32,000 bases of DNA, from the NCBI GenBank assembly GCA_963697905.1, contig OY969101.1:2358347-2390346 (forward strand), given 5' to 3'. This document shows positions 8,541-16,329 of this stretch, piece after piece. Position numbers and translations under genes: made by a program. How positions within the stretch are numbered: position 1 is the stretch's first letter; each line of letters starts with the position of its first letter. Origin of the DNA: an uncultured Actinomycetota bacterium. Its GTDB lineage: Bacteria > Actinomycetota > Actinomycetes > Mycobacteriales > Jatrophihabitantaceae. The notes under the pieces are model-generated. The model was not told the origin of the DNA. It ran no database searches and saw only the letters and a list, made by a program, of their open reading frames with translations.

Positions 8541-9924
8541 AACCTGCCACCGACCGGCCGTCTTCGCTGGAGCAGGCTCGCGCGCTGGCCGACACGGTGC
8601 TGTTCGAGGGCTACATGCTCTATCCCTACCGGGCCAACGATGCCAAGAACCGGGTGCGCTGGCAGTTCGGCGTGCTGACCCCGCCGGGCTATCGCTGGCG
8701 CTCGACCCGTCCGAACGCGCGTGCCTGCAAACTGACTGCCTGCTGGAGGGCACGCGTCACCGGAGCTGACGGTGCGGGTGCGCTTCCTGCACGTGCAGCA
8801 ACGGACCGTCGAGCAGTGCCGGGGCGGCGAGTACGTGCCTGTCGACTCCCTCGATCTCGGCGACGCCAGCTACCTGCCGTGGGACGAGGCGGTGGTCCAC
8901 GAGACGACGAGCACGCTGAGCTGCCCTGGCCACAGCTGGTCGCAGGACACCGACATCGAGGTTGACGGGGCGAGCGAGACCGAGCTGCTGCACGGTCCGG
9001 ATGGCCAGCCGGCCGGCCGGCTGGTCCGGCGGCGGGAAGGTTTGCGGGCAACCCTGACGGTGACCAGCGAACCGATGCCCGGCCCGTACGGCGTGCGCCG
9101 GGTCCGGTTCCGGCTTACCAATACGGGCGATTGGCAGCCGGCCGGCCGGGATCAGCGCCAGGCCGCGTTGCGGCACGCCCTGGTCGCGGCTCACCTGCTG
9201 ATCGACGTCGCCGGCGGCGCGTTCGTCTCGCTGCTGGATCCGCCCGAGTGGGCACGCGGGTACGCCGAGCGATGCGAACAGGTCGGCGCGTTTCCGGTAC
9301 TGGCCGGCCCACCCGGTGATCGCCGGCTGCTGCTCGCCTCGCCGATCATCCTCTACGACCACCCTCAGGTGGCCCCGGAGAGCGTCTCGCAGTTCTGCGA
9401 CGGCACCGAGATGGACGAGATGCTGACGCTGCGCACCAGCACCCTGACCGAGCAGGAGAAGCGACAGGTCCGGGGCAGCGACCCGCGCGCGGCGGCCCTG
9501 CTGGACGAGGTCGACAGCCTGCCGGCGGACCTGTTGGAGCGGCTGCACGGCGCTATCCGCGGCATGACCAGCCTGGCCAAGCCGACCGGGCCGGTGCCGG
9601 ATGAGTGGACGCCCTGGTGGGATCCGGCAACCGACGGCAGCGTCGACCCGGACACCGACCTGGTACTGGTCGAGGGGGTGCCGATCAGCCGAGGCAGCCC
9701 GGTCCGGCTGCGGCCCGGCAGTCGACGGGCCGACGCGCACGATATGTTCCTCGACGGCCGCACCGCGACGGTGCAGGCGGTGCTGTCCGACGTGGACGGC
9801 GGAATCCCACCTGGCTGTGACCTTGGACGAACTGGCCGAGCTCGCCCAGGACGGACCCAACCCGCACGGCCGGTTCCTCTACTTCGCACCCGACGAGGTC
9901 GAGCCGATCCTGGCGGGTTCGTGA
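8537..9924 (+). pseudogene. Conserved hydrogenase-cluster protein of unknown function; about 3 frame changes
   Basis: The path runs MKPATDRPSSLEQARALADTVLFEGYMLYPYRANDAKNRVRWQFGVLTPPGY, then LALDPSERACLQTDCLLEGT. Next comes ELTVRVRFLHVQQRTVEQ...AVLSDVDGG, a 1-kb uninterrupted stretch in listed ORF 8772..10424. The final segment, HLAVTLDELAELAQDGPNPHGRFLYFAPDEVEPILAGS*, is in listed ORF 9601..9924. Switches fall near 8693, 8757 and 9805. Confidence 0.65.
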
Positions 9925-10424
9925 TGCGCACCCTGATCGCCGGACTCGGCAACATCTTCGAGGGCGACGACGGCTTCGGCGTGGCGGTGGCCCGGCAGCT
10001 CATGGAGACCGACTGGCCGGCCGGGGTGGAGGTCCGCGACTTCGGGATCCGCGGCGTCCACCTGGCCTACCAGTTGCTCGACGGCTACGACCTGGTGGTG
10101 ATCGTGGATGCGGCCAGCCGGGAAGGCGAGCCGGGCACCCTGTACGTGATCGACCATGCGGCGGACGGGGTACCGGCGCCCCTGCTCGACGCGCACGACC
10201 TGGGACCGGACGGCGTGCTGGCGCTGGTGCCCACGCTCGGCGGCACGCTCGGACGGGTCGTGGTGGTGGGTTGCGAGCCGGCCTCGCTGGCGCCACAGTG
10301 GGGGCTGTCCCCGGCGGTGGCGGCCGGCGTCGATGCGGCGGCGGCGCTCGTCCGGGACATCGTGCAACGAGCCGGCGGCACGGTGCCGGTGGCGGGGTTG
10401 GAGATCGGAGGTCGGCAGTGTTAG
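9924..10424 (+). CDS. hupD: [NiFe]-hydrogenase maturation endopeptidase (HupD/HybD family)
   Basis: MRTLIAGLGNIFEGDDGFGVAVARQL...LVVIVDAASREGEPGTLYVID...DAHDLG are typical protease motifs. The ATG at 9924 overlaps the TGA of the preceding gene (gtgatg). It appears in the track only as the tail of the fused ORF 8772..10424. Confidence 0.9.
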   Translation: MRTLIAGLGNIFEGDDGFGVAVARQLMETDWPAGVEVRDFGIRGVHLAYQLLDGYDLVVIVDAASREGEPGTLYVIDHAADGVPAPLLDAHDLGPDGVLALVPTLGGTLGRVVVVGCEPASLAPQWGLSPAVAAGVDAAAALVRDIVQRAGGTVPVAGLEIGGRQC

Positions 10425-10522
10425 CTCGAACCTTCTTCCTGGCGGTTGTCGGTGCGGTGACGGCGGTGGTGGTGGGGGCCATCCCGGATATCAAGCGCTA
10501 CCTCAAGATGCGTGCGATGTAA
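10418..10522 (+). CDS. 34-aa hydrophobic small protein (single predicted TM helix) between hupD and hypC
   Basis: GTG at 10418 overlaps the hupD stop (gtgttag). Translation: (M)LARTFFLAVVGAVTAVVVGAIPDIKRYLKMRAM*. It is below the 60-aa track cutoff as an independent gene. I recall similar small proteins in actinobacterial hydrogenase clusters (DUF6893-like); this is unverified. Confidence 0.45.
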   Translation: MLARTFFLAVVGAVTAVVVGAIPDIKRYLKMRAM

Positions 10523-10535
10523 GGGCATTCGACCT

Positions 10536-10793
10536 ATGTGCCTAGGCATTCCGGGACGCATCGTCTCGGTGGAAGCGGCCAACGACCTGGCCCGGGTCGA
10601 GGTCGCCGGAGTGGTGCGCGAGATCAACCTCGCGTTGCTGGACGGCCCGTGGGCAGCCGGCGACTACATCCTGATCCACAGCGGCTTCGCGCTGGAGCGG
10701 ATGACCGCCGAACAGGCGCGCGACGCGCTGCAGGTGTTCGCCGACGGCGACGCGACCGGCTGGGCGCTGCCCAGCGAGCAGGCATTGCCATGA
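10536..10793 (+). CDS. hypC: Hydrogenase assembly chaperone HypC/HupF
   Basis: The canonical N terminus MCLGIPGRIV maps to ATG at 10536 inside ORF 10512..10793. The protein is 85 aa. Its stop overlaps the next ATG (ATGA at 10790). Confidence 0.9.
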   Translation: MCLGIPGRIVSVEAANDLARVEVAGVVREINLALLDGPWAAGDYILIHSGFALERMTAEQARDALQVFADGDATGWALPSEQALP

Positions 10794-11584
10794 CCGCCGG
10801 CCTGCACGCCGAAGCGTCGCTGCCGGGCCCGATCATGTTCGTGCGCTACGCCTTCCCACCGAACTACCACGGCTCGTGCGGGCCGCCGGACTCGCACAAC
10901 CTGTTCGCCTACGGGGCGCACGGGGTCGTCGACAACGGCCTGCGCGACCTGGCCCGGCAGTTCGCCGGCGCCTGGCCGTATCTGGAGTTGATCGCGATGC
11001 GGGCCGGGCTCGGCGACCCGCTGGACCGGCGGGTGGTGGAGGCCTACTGGGTCGGAAATCCGCTGCTCGATCGGGTCGGCGTGCGTCCGATGGGCGACTC
11101 GATGGACGAGCGCTTCCGGATCCGCACCGGCCGGCAGTTCACCCGGCTTGCCGAGTCGGTGGTGGCCGGCGGCATGCCACATCACAGCTATCACGTCTTC
11201 TGCATCTATCCGTGGGTCGGCCTGCTCGGCGACGACCGCCGCTACCAGCAGGCGCTGATGGTGCTGGACCGCTGCCGGATCCGGTGGGGCCAGGTGCGGC
11301 AGGTGCTACCGACAGAGCTGGTCGTCGAATCCCGCCCGCTGGTCTTCGAGGCCGGCCGGTTGCTGCTCGGCGAGCCGAGGTTGGAGACCGTGCAGCGCAC
11401 GCTCGACGGGCACGGGCTGGTGGACGAATTCGCCGTGAACGACTGGGTATCCCTGCACTGGGAGTGGGTCTGCGATCGGCTCACCCCGCGCCAGCTGACG
11501 GCGCTGCGGCACTACACCAGGCTGCATCTGGAGATCGTCAACGAGCGGCTGGATCACCCGGCCGCGATCACCGCGCTCGGCTGA
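10790..11584 (+). CDS. Conserved hydrogenase-cluster protein (DUF6390-like from memory)
   Basis: The start MTAGLHAEASLPGPIMFVRYAFPPNYHGSCGPPDSHNLF is coupled to hypC by an ATGA overlap. The upstream part of listed ORF 10538..11584 overlaps hypC and is Arg/Gly-rich noise. Confidence 0.65.
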   Translation: MTAGLHAEASLPGPIMFVRYAFPPNYHGSCGPPDSHNLFAYGAHGVVDNGLRDLARQFAGAWPYLELIAMRAGLGDPLDRRVVEAYWVGNPLLDRVGVRPMGDSMDERFRIRTGRQFTRLAESVVAGGMPHHSYHVFCIYPWVGLLGDDRRYQQALMVLDRCRIRWGQVRQVLPTELVVESRPLVFEAGRLLLGEPRLETVQRTLDGHGLVDEFAVNDWVSLHWEWVCDRLTPRQLTALRHYTRLHLEIVNERLDHPAAITALG

Positions 11585-12642
11585 GTGCCGACCTGCCGGC
11601 CGGCCGCCGGCAGCGGCCAGACCCGGGACAACCCCCAGCGCAGCCGATCGCCGGTGCGGTAACGCGGCGGACCCGGCAGCGACATCAGCAGGCCGCCGGC
11701 CGCCGAGTCGAGGCAGTAGGCGGTATGCGGGCCGCGGAAGGCCACCGAGGTGATCCGGCCGGCCAACGGGCCGCCCTCGGACACCCAGTCCGGCCGGACC
11801 AACAGCTGCCGGATTCCGTCGGCCGGTGCGGCACTGGCCACCAGGTCGCTTGTGCCGTCCGGTAGATCCACGGCAAGCGTGCCGTCGCCGGCTGGCCGCA
11901 CCGGCGCCTGGAGCACCGCGTACGGCCCGGTCAGCCCCGCCGCGGCCAGGCTGACCGGCTCCTCGTACAGCTGCGCCGGCCTGCCGAACTGGATCACCCG
12001 GCCGCCGTCCAGCAGGGCGATCCGGTGGGCCCTGGCCAGCGCCTCGGCCGGATCGTGGGTAGCCAGCACGACCGCCGCCTCGGTGCGCCGCTGCTCGGCC
12101 ACCACCAGCTCCTGAAACGCCTGTCGCAACGAGGTGTCCAGGTGCGCGGTCGGCTCGTCCAGCAGGTACAGCCTGGCCGCCCGGGCCAGCGCCCGGGCCA
12201 GCCCCACCCGTTGCTGCTCACCGCCGGACAGCGCGGCCGGCCGCCGATCCGCCAGCCGAGCGATGTCGAGCCGGTCGAGCTGGCGCATCGCCTCGGTGCA
12301 GGCGTCCCGCCGAGACCGGCCGGCCCGGCGCAGCGGATAGGCGACGGTGTCGAGCACCGAGAGGTGCGGCCAGAGCGCCGCGTGCTGAAAGACCATGCCG
12401 ATGTCGCGACGCTCCGGGGGCAGGTCGTCGGAAACCCGTTTGCCGTGCAGCCAGATCTCACCGCCGGACGGGCGTACCAGGCCGGCGACGGCGTGCAACA
12501 GGGTCGACTTGCCGGACCCGGAGACGCCGAGCAGGGCGACGATCTCGCCGGCCGCGACCTCGACCGAGGTGCCGGCCAGCGCCGTGACCGATCCGTACCG
12601 GACCACCAACTCCCGACAATGCAGGGCGTTGCTACCAGGCAC
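11554..12642 (-). CDS. ABC transporter ATP-binding protein (FbpC/PotA-like, Fe(III)-type importer)
   Basis: Walker A GVSGSGKSTLL, signature LSGGEQQRVGLARAL and Walker B LYLLDEPTAHLD are present, with a C-terminal regulatory domain. The start overlaps the permease stop by 11 nt. Confidence 0.9.
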   Translation of the reverse strand: MPGSNALHCRELVVRYGSVTALAGTSVEVAAGEIVALLGVSGSGKSTLLHAVAGLVRPSGGEIWLHGKRVSDDLPPERRDIGMVFQHAALWPHLSVLDTVAYPLRRAGRSRRDACTEAMRQLDRLDIARLADRRPAALSGGEQQRVGLARALARAARLYLLDEPTAHLDTSLRQAFQELVVAEQRRTEAAVVLATHDPAEALARAHRIALLDGGRVIQFGRPAQLYEEPVSLAAAGLTGPYAVLQAPVRPAGDGTLAVDLPDGTSDLVASAAPADGIRQLLVRPDWVSEGGPLAGRITSVAFRGPHTAYCLDSAAGGLLMSLPGPPRYRTGDRLRWGLSRVWPLPAAGRQVGTQPSAVIAAG

Positions 12643-14326
12643 CGGTCACCGCCAGCGCGGGTGCCGGTTCGACGGTCCGCTCCGCACCGGTCCGCTCCGC
12701 ACCGGTCCGCTCCGCACCGGTCCGCAGCAGCCACCAGGCCGGCAGTGCGGCCACCAGCACCAGCGCTGTGAGCACCACTGACAGCGCCGCGGTGGGACCG
12801 ATCGCGCCGAGTTCCTGGCTGTTCAGTACCGCCACCGCGAGTGTCTGGTTGCCGCCGGAGTAGAGCAGGCTGGACATGGTGACCTCGTGCAGGGCCGCCA
12901 GGAAGACCAGCATCCAGGCGCCGAGCAGCGCGGGTGCCAGGGCAGGCAACCACACCGTGCGAGCCGCGGTGGCCGGTCCCGCCCCACTGATCCGCGCCGC
13001 CTGCCACTCCGCGGGCGGCAGCCGGTCGGCGGCTCCGGAGATCGTCCGGTGGGCCAGCGCCCAGAACTTGGCCAGGTAGGCGAGCAGGATCAGCGCCAGG
13101 CTGCCGTCGAACCAGCGTCCGTAGGCAACCAGTAGTCCCACCGCCAGGGTGGAGCCGGGGATCGCAAAGGCGACCATGGCCAGCGGGCCGAGCAGCCGGC
13201 CGGCCCGGCGTCGTTCCAGCGCGGTGATCAGCGCGCCCAACCCGGTCAGCACGCAGGCGGCGACCGCGGCCAGTTGCACGCTGTGCCCCAGCGCGACCAG
13301 CGTCGGCCGGTCCAGGGCGCTGCGGAAGTTGTCCAGCGTCCAGTTCGACGGGGTCGGTGGCAGGCCGACCGCCCGGGTGAGCGCGGCGCTGGCCAGCGCG
13401 ACAGTGGGCAGGGCGACCGCGAGCGTCGAGTATCCGATGACGGCGGCGGTGGGCAGCAGGGTGCGCCGATTGGCTGCCTGGCCGAGCCCGGCCGCCGCCG
13501 GCTGGCCGGTGCGAACCGAGCGCAGGCTCGGTGCCAGCAGCAGGTCCGCCGGCAGCAGGATTACCGCGGCCAGCAGCACCAGGCCGAGGGCCAGCGTGAC
13601 CGCGTCGGTGAATGCCGCCGGGTCGCTGGCCAACGCGAGATCCGCATAGATCCGCGTGGTGATCGTCTCGAAGCCGGCCTGGGCACCGAGCACCTGCGGC
13701 ACCGCGAAGCTCTCCAGGGTGGCGACGAAGATGAGCGCCGCCTCGGCCGCAAGCACCGGCCGAAGCAGCGGCAGGGTGACCGTGCGCAGGACCTGCCAGC
13801 CGCCCGCGCCGGACAGCCTGGCGGCCCGTTCGAACTCCGGCGCCGCACGGGTGGCCAGACCAGCCGAGCTGAGCAGGAAGCTCAACGGCACCGCATCGAC
13901 CACCAGCACCGTGACGATGCCGGCCGGACCGGTCAGCCCGCTCCAGTGCAGCCCGAACAGCTGGTCGGTGAAGCCGGCCCGGTCGTAGGCCTGGGTCCAA
14001 CTGTAGCCAAGCACGAACTGGGGAATGACCAGCGGCAGCACCACCAGCACGCACAGCAGGCCGCGGCAGGCGAGTCCGTCCCGCCGCAGGAACAGGGCGA
14101 GCGCGGTGCCCAGTGGCACGGCGAGCAACGGCACCACGCAGGCCAACGCGAGCGAATGGGCGGCCGCCAGGGCAAGACCCGGCGCGTGCAGCGCATGCCG
14201 CAACGAGGAGCTGCCACTGTCGAACACCACCTGGATCAGCCGGACGAGCGGCACCGCAACCAGGCCGACGGCTGCCAGCACCGCGACGGACAACAGCCCC
14301 GTGTCCGCTCCGTCGCGGCGCCGCAT
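12632..14326 (-). CDS. ABC transporter permease, fused double-domain (FbpB-like iron(III) permease)
   Basis: 564-aa hydrophobic ORF with many predicted TM segments and two permease halves. It sits between the SBP and ATPase genes with short gaps or overlaps. Confidence 0.85.
   Translation of the reverse strand: MRRRDGADTGLLSVAVLAAVGLVAVPLVRLIQVVFDSGSSSLRHALHAPGLALAAAHSLALACVVPLLAVPLGTALALFLRRDGLACRGLLCVLVVLPLVIPQFVLGYSWTQAYDRAGFTDQLFGLHWSGLTGPAGIVTVLVVDAVPLSFLLSSAGLATRAAPEFERAARLSGAGGWQVLRTVTLPLLRPVLAAEAALIFVATLESFAVPQVLGAQAGFETITTRIYADLALASDPAAFTDAVTLALGLVLLAAVILLPADLLLAPSLRSVRTGQPAAAGLGQAANRRTLLPTAAVIGYSTLAVALPTVALASAALTRAVGLPPTPSNWTLDNFRSALDRPTLVALGHSVQLAAVAACVLTGLGALITALERRRAGRLLGPLAMVAFAIPGSTLAVGLLVAYGRWFDGSLALILLAYLAKFWALAHRTISGAADRLPPAEWQAARISGAGPATAARTVWLPALAPALLGAWMLVFLAALHEVTMSSLLYSGGNQTLAVAVLNSQELGAIGPTAALSVVLTALVLVAALPAWWLLRTGAERTGAERTGAERTVEPAPALAVTGAW
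12670..12724. repeat. 15-bp tandem repeat (accggtccgctccgc, about 3.7 copies) inside the 3' end of the permease gene
   Basis: Read directly. Copies lie at 12670-12684 (1 mismatch), 12685-12699 and 12700-12714, with a partial copy at 12715-12724. It encodes (RTGAE)x3 at the permease C terminus. Confidence 0.9.
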
Positions 14327-14331
14327 GCCGG

Positions 14332-15303
14332 TCAGTGCCCGAAAACCGAGGCGTATTCGGTCAGCACCGACTGGTAGCTGTCGAACAGGCTCGGCCAGTC
14401 CGGTTGCGCGATCGGGCTGCCCGCCGGGATCGGCGGCCCGTCGAGGCCGGGCAGCGTCGGGTAGGTGTCCTGGGCCGCCATGATCGTCTGCGCGGCGCGG
14501 CTGGCCGCGTAGTCGGCGAACCGAGTCGCCATCGGGGACAGGCCCTTGCTGGTGGTGACCCCGATCGGCGCGTAGATCGCGGCAGCGCCCGGCCGCGGCC
14601 AGCTCACCGTGATCGGCGAGCCCTTGCGCTGGGCGGCGTAGGCGGCGTTGGCCAGCGTCACCCCGGCCAGGTACTTGCCCTGCTCGACGCCGGTCAGCGT
14701 GTCGGCCGGCGCGCTCAACTGCACCGCCCCGTTGCGCTTGAGGTGCCGGTAGTAGTCCAGGCCGTAGCCCGGCGTGGCCGCCAGGTAACCCAGCAGGCCG
14801 AGCGCCGATGCCGCGAAGCTCGGGTTCGGCAGCGCCACCCGGTTGCGGTACTCGGGCTTGGCCAGGTCGGCCCAGCTGGCCGGCGGCTGGACACCGGTTC
14901 GGGTCACCACCGTCAGGTACAGCAGGTCGATGCCGGTGAAGTGCGACGTCCGGTAGGCACTCGGAATGTCGGCGGCGTTGGGCGGGCTCCAGGCTCGCAG
15001 CAGGCCCTGGGCGTCGTAGCCGTGCATGGTCAACGGGTCGCAGGCCCAGATGACGTCGGCCTTGACGCCGCCGGCGCGTTGGTCGGCGGCCACCCGGGCG
15101 TTCAGTTGGCCGGTAGGTGCTCGGAACACGGTCACCTTGGCGCCGTCATTCGCCTTCTCGAAGCCGGCCACCACCGCCTGCTCGACGTTCGCGCTGGCGC
15201 AGGTGTAGAGCGTCAGCGAGGAGCCGGCCTGGGCGCTGGTCGAGGTGCAGCCGGCGATCAGTGTGGCCAGCAGCACCGCCGCTGCGATCAGCCGTACGGT
15301 CAC
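14332..15303 (-). CDS. ABC transporter substrate-binding lipoprotein (Fe(III)/FutA-like family)
   Basis: GTG at 15303 is preceded by ggaagggaggga. The signal peptide plus lipobox reads VTVRLIAAAVLLATLIAGCTS. The mature part is typical of iron(III)-type SBPs. The long N-terminal extension of ORF 14332..15795 is rejected. Confidence 0.85.
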   Translation of the reverse strand: MTVRLIAAAVLLATLIAGCTSTSAQAGSSLTLYTCASANVEQAVVAGFEKANDGAKVTVFRAPTGQLNARVAADQRAGGVKADVIWACDPLTMHGYDAQGLLRAWSPPNAADIPSAYRTSHFTGIDLLYLTVVTRTGVQPPASWADLAKPEYRNRVALPNPSFAASALGLLGYLAATPGYGLDYYRHLKRNGAVQLSAPADTLTGVEQGKYLAGVTLANAAYAAQRKGSPITVSWPRPGAAAIYAPIGVTTSKGLSPMATRFADYAASRAAQTIMAAQDTYPTLPGLDGPPIPAGSPIAQPDWPSLFDSYQSVLTEYASVFGH

Positions 15304-15329
15304 GGCGTCCCTCCCTTCCGGGCAGGGTC

Positions 15330-15740
15330 TCAGTTGCTGCTTCCGGCGGCGAGCCGGCCGGCCCGGTCCGGCACCTCGAGTCCGAGGATCCAGGAATGTG
15401 TTGCTACGGCCACCGGTGAGCCGGTGGGTAGCTCGGCCGCCGGCCGCGGTTGCCGGCCGTGCCGTACGTCCGGCTCCCAGCGGTGGGGGTCGTCGGTGAG
15501 GCCGAGCAGGTAGGTAACGGTGCAGTCGAGCGCGATCGCCAGCTCGGGCAGCTTGGCGACGTCCACCCCCGCGCCGTGCTCCAGGCTGGAGACGGCTCGA
15601 TTGGTGGTCTGCAGGCCGCAGCGGCCGAGCCTGGTCACCACCTGTTTTTGGGTCAGCCCAAGTTCCACACGGCGCTGCCGCAGCCGCCTGGTGATCAGCA
15701 CTTGCCGATCGGGCCACGATTCCGGGTTGATCTGACCCAT
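15330..15740 (-). CDS. XRE-family HTH transcriptional regulator
   Basis: RRLRQRRVELGLTQKQVVTRLG...SSLEHG...LPELAIALDCTVTYLLGL is a classic HTH_XRE domain. The gene ends 27 nt upstream of the SBP gene on the same strand. Confidence 0.8.
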   Translation of the reverse strand: MGQINPESWPDRQVLITRRLRQRRVELGLTQKQVVTRLGRCGLQTTNRAVSSLEHGAGVDVAKLPELAIALDCTVTYLLGLTDDPHRWEPDVRHGRQPRPAAELPTGSPVAVATHSWILGLEVPDRAGRLAAGSSN

Positions 15741-15819
15741 GGTGCCTCCCGTGGGGAGATACCCCGATCCTGAACCGGGTCGGCCGATCCGTCAATACCA
15801 GAGTCCGGGAATGTGTCGC

Positions 15820-16092
15820 CTACGGCTCGGCCGTGCCCATGTCGGCCAGCGCGTGGATCTCGTAGCGAGCGAAGTTGAAGATCGGCGCCCTGGCCAGCAG
15901 CCGCTCGAACTCCTCGTGCGAGTCAACCTGGTAGATCCAGGCACCGCCGTGCGCACCCACCACGTGATAGCGGGCCAGCACCTTGCCTTCGTTCTCCAGC
16001 GTGGCACCGTACTCGGCCATCCGGCCGACCGCCTGAGCCATCTCGCGCGAGAGCAGCGACAGTTCCATCCGCCACAGCACGAGAAACTTCAT
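15820..16092 (-). CDS. Small muconolactone-isomerase-like (ferredoxin-fold) protein
   Basis: 90-aa ORF MKFLVLWRMEL...GGAWIYQVDSHEEFERLLARAPIFNFARYEIHAL. The resemblance to the MIase family is judged by eye only. Confidence 0.5.
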   Translation of the reverse strand: MKFLVLWRMELSLLSREMAQAVGRMAEYGATLENEGKVLARYHVVGAHGGAWIYQVDSHEEFERLLARAPIFNFARYEIHALADMGTAEP

Positions 16093-16329
16093 CGCGCGCC
16101 CTTCCGGTCTGCCCGAGCCGCCAATCTGGAAGCTTCGGCTGCGCGGATCACCTGCGATGCTCGCCAGCTCGCATGATCAAGGCCACGCATGCAGGAATAT
16201 GGCCGATGGTCGAGCTGATTGCAACGGCGAGCTAGCCACAGGGGTCTGGTACGAATGAGCGGCGTGGCGCGCGAAGACCGGGAGTTCGGTAATGAGCCGC
16301 CGGCCATCTCGATCGATCCAGGAGGCATC

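Noticed and set aside
8772-10424. 550-aa ORF as a single gene
   Set aside because: It fuses the conserved accessory protein (up to about 9805) to the hupD protease (MRTLIAGLGN... from 9924). The accessory gene switches near 9805 into another frame, whose stop lies at 9922-9924; ORF 8772..10424 stays in its own frame and reads on into hupD.
12670-12724. Possibility that the short tandem repeats (here and at 30057-30102) are CRISPR-like arrays
   Set aside because: The repeats are contiguous 15-mers without spacers and lie in frame inside coding regions. No CRISPR array or cas genes are present in the window.
15304-15795. N-terminal 163-aa extension of the substrate-binding protein ORF (14332..15795)
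   Set aside because: The extension overlaps the XRE regulator gene and is Arg/Pro-rich. A GTG at 15303 with a strong Shine-Dalgarno sequence and a signal peptide/lipobox gives a canonical lipoprotein start.
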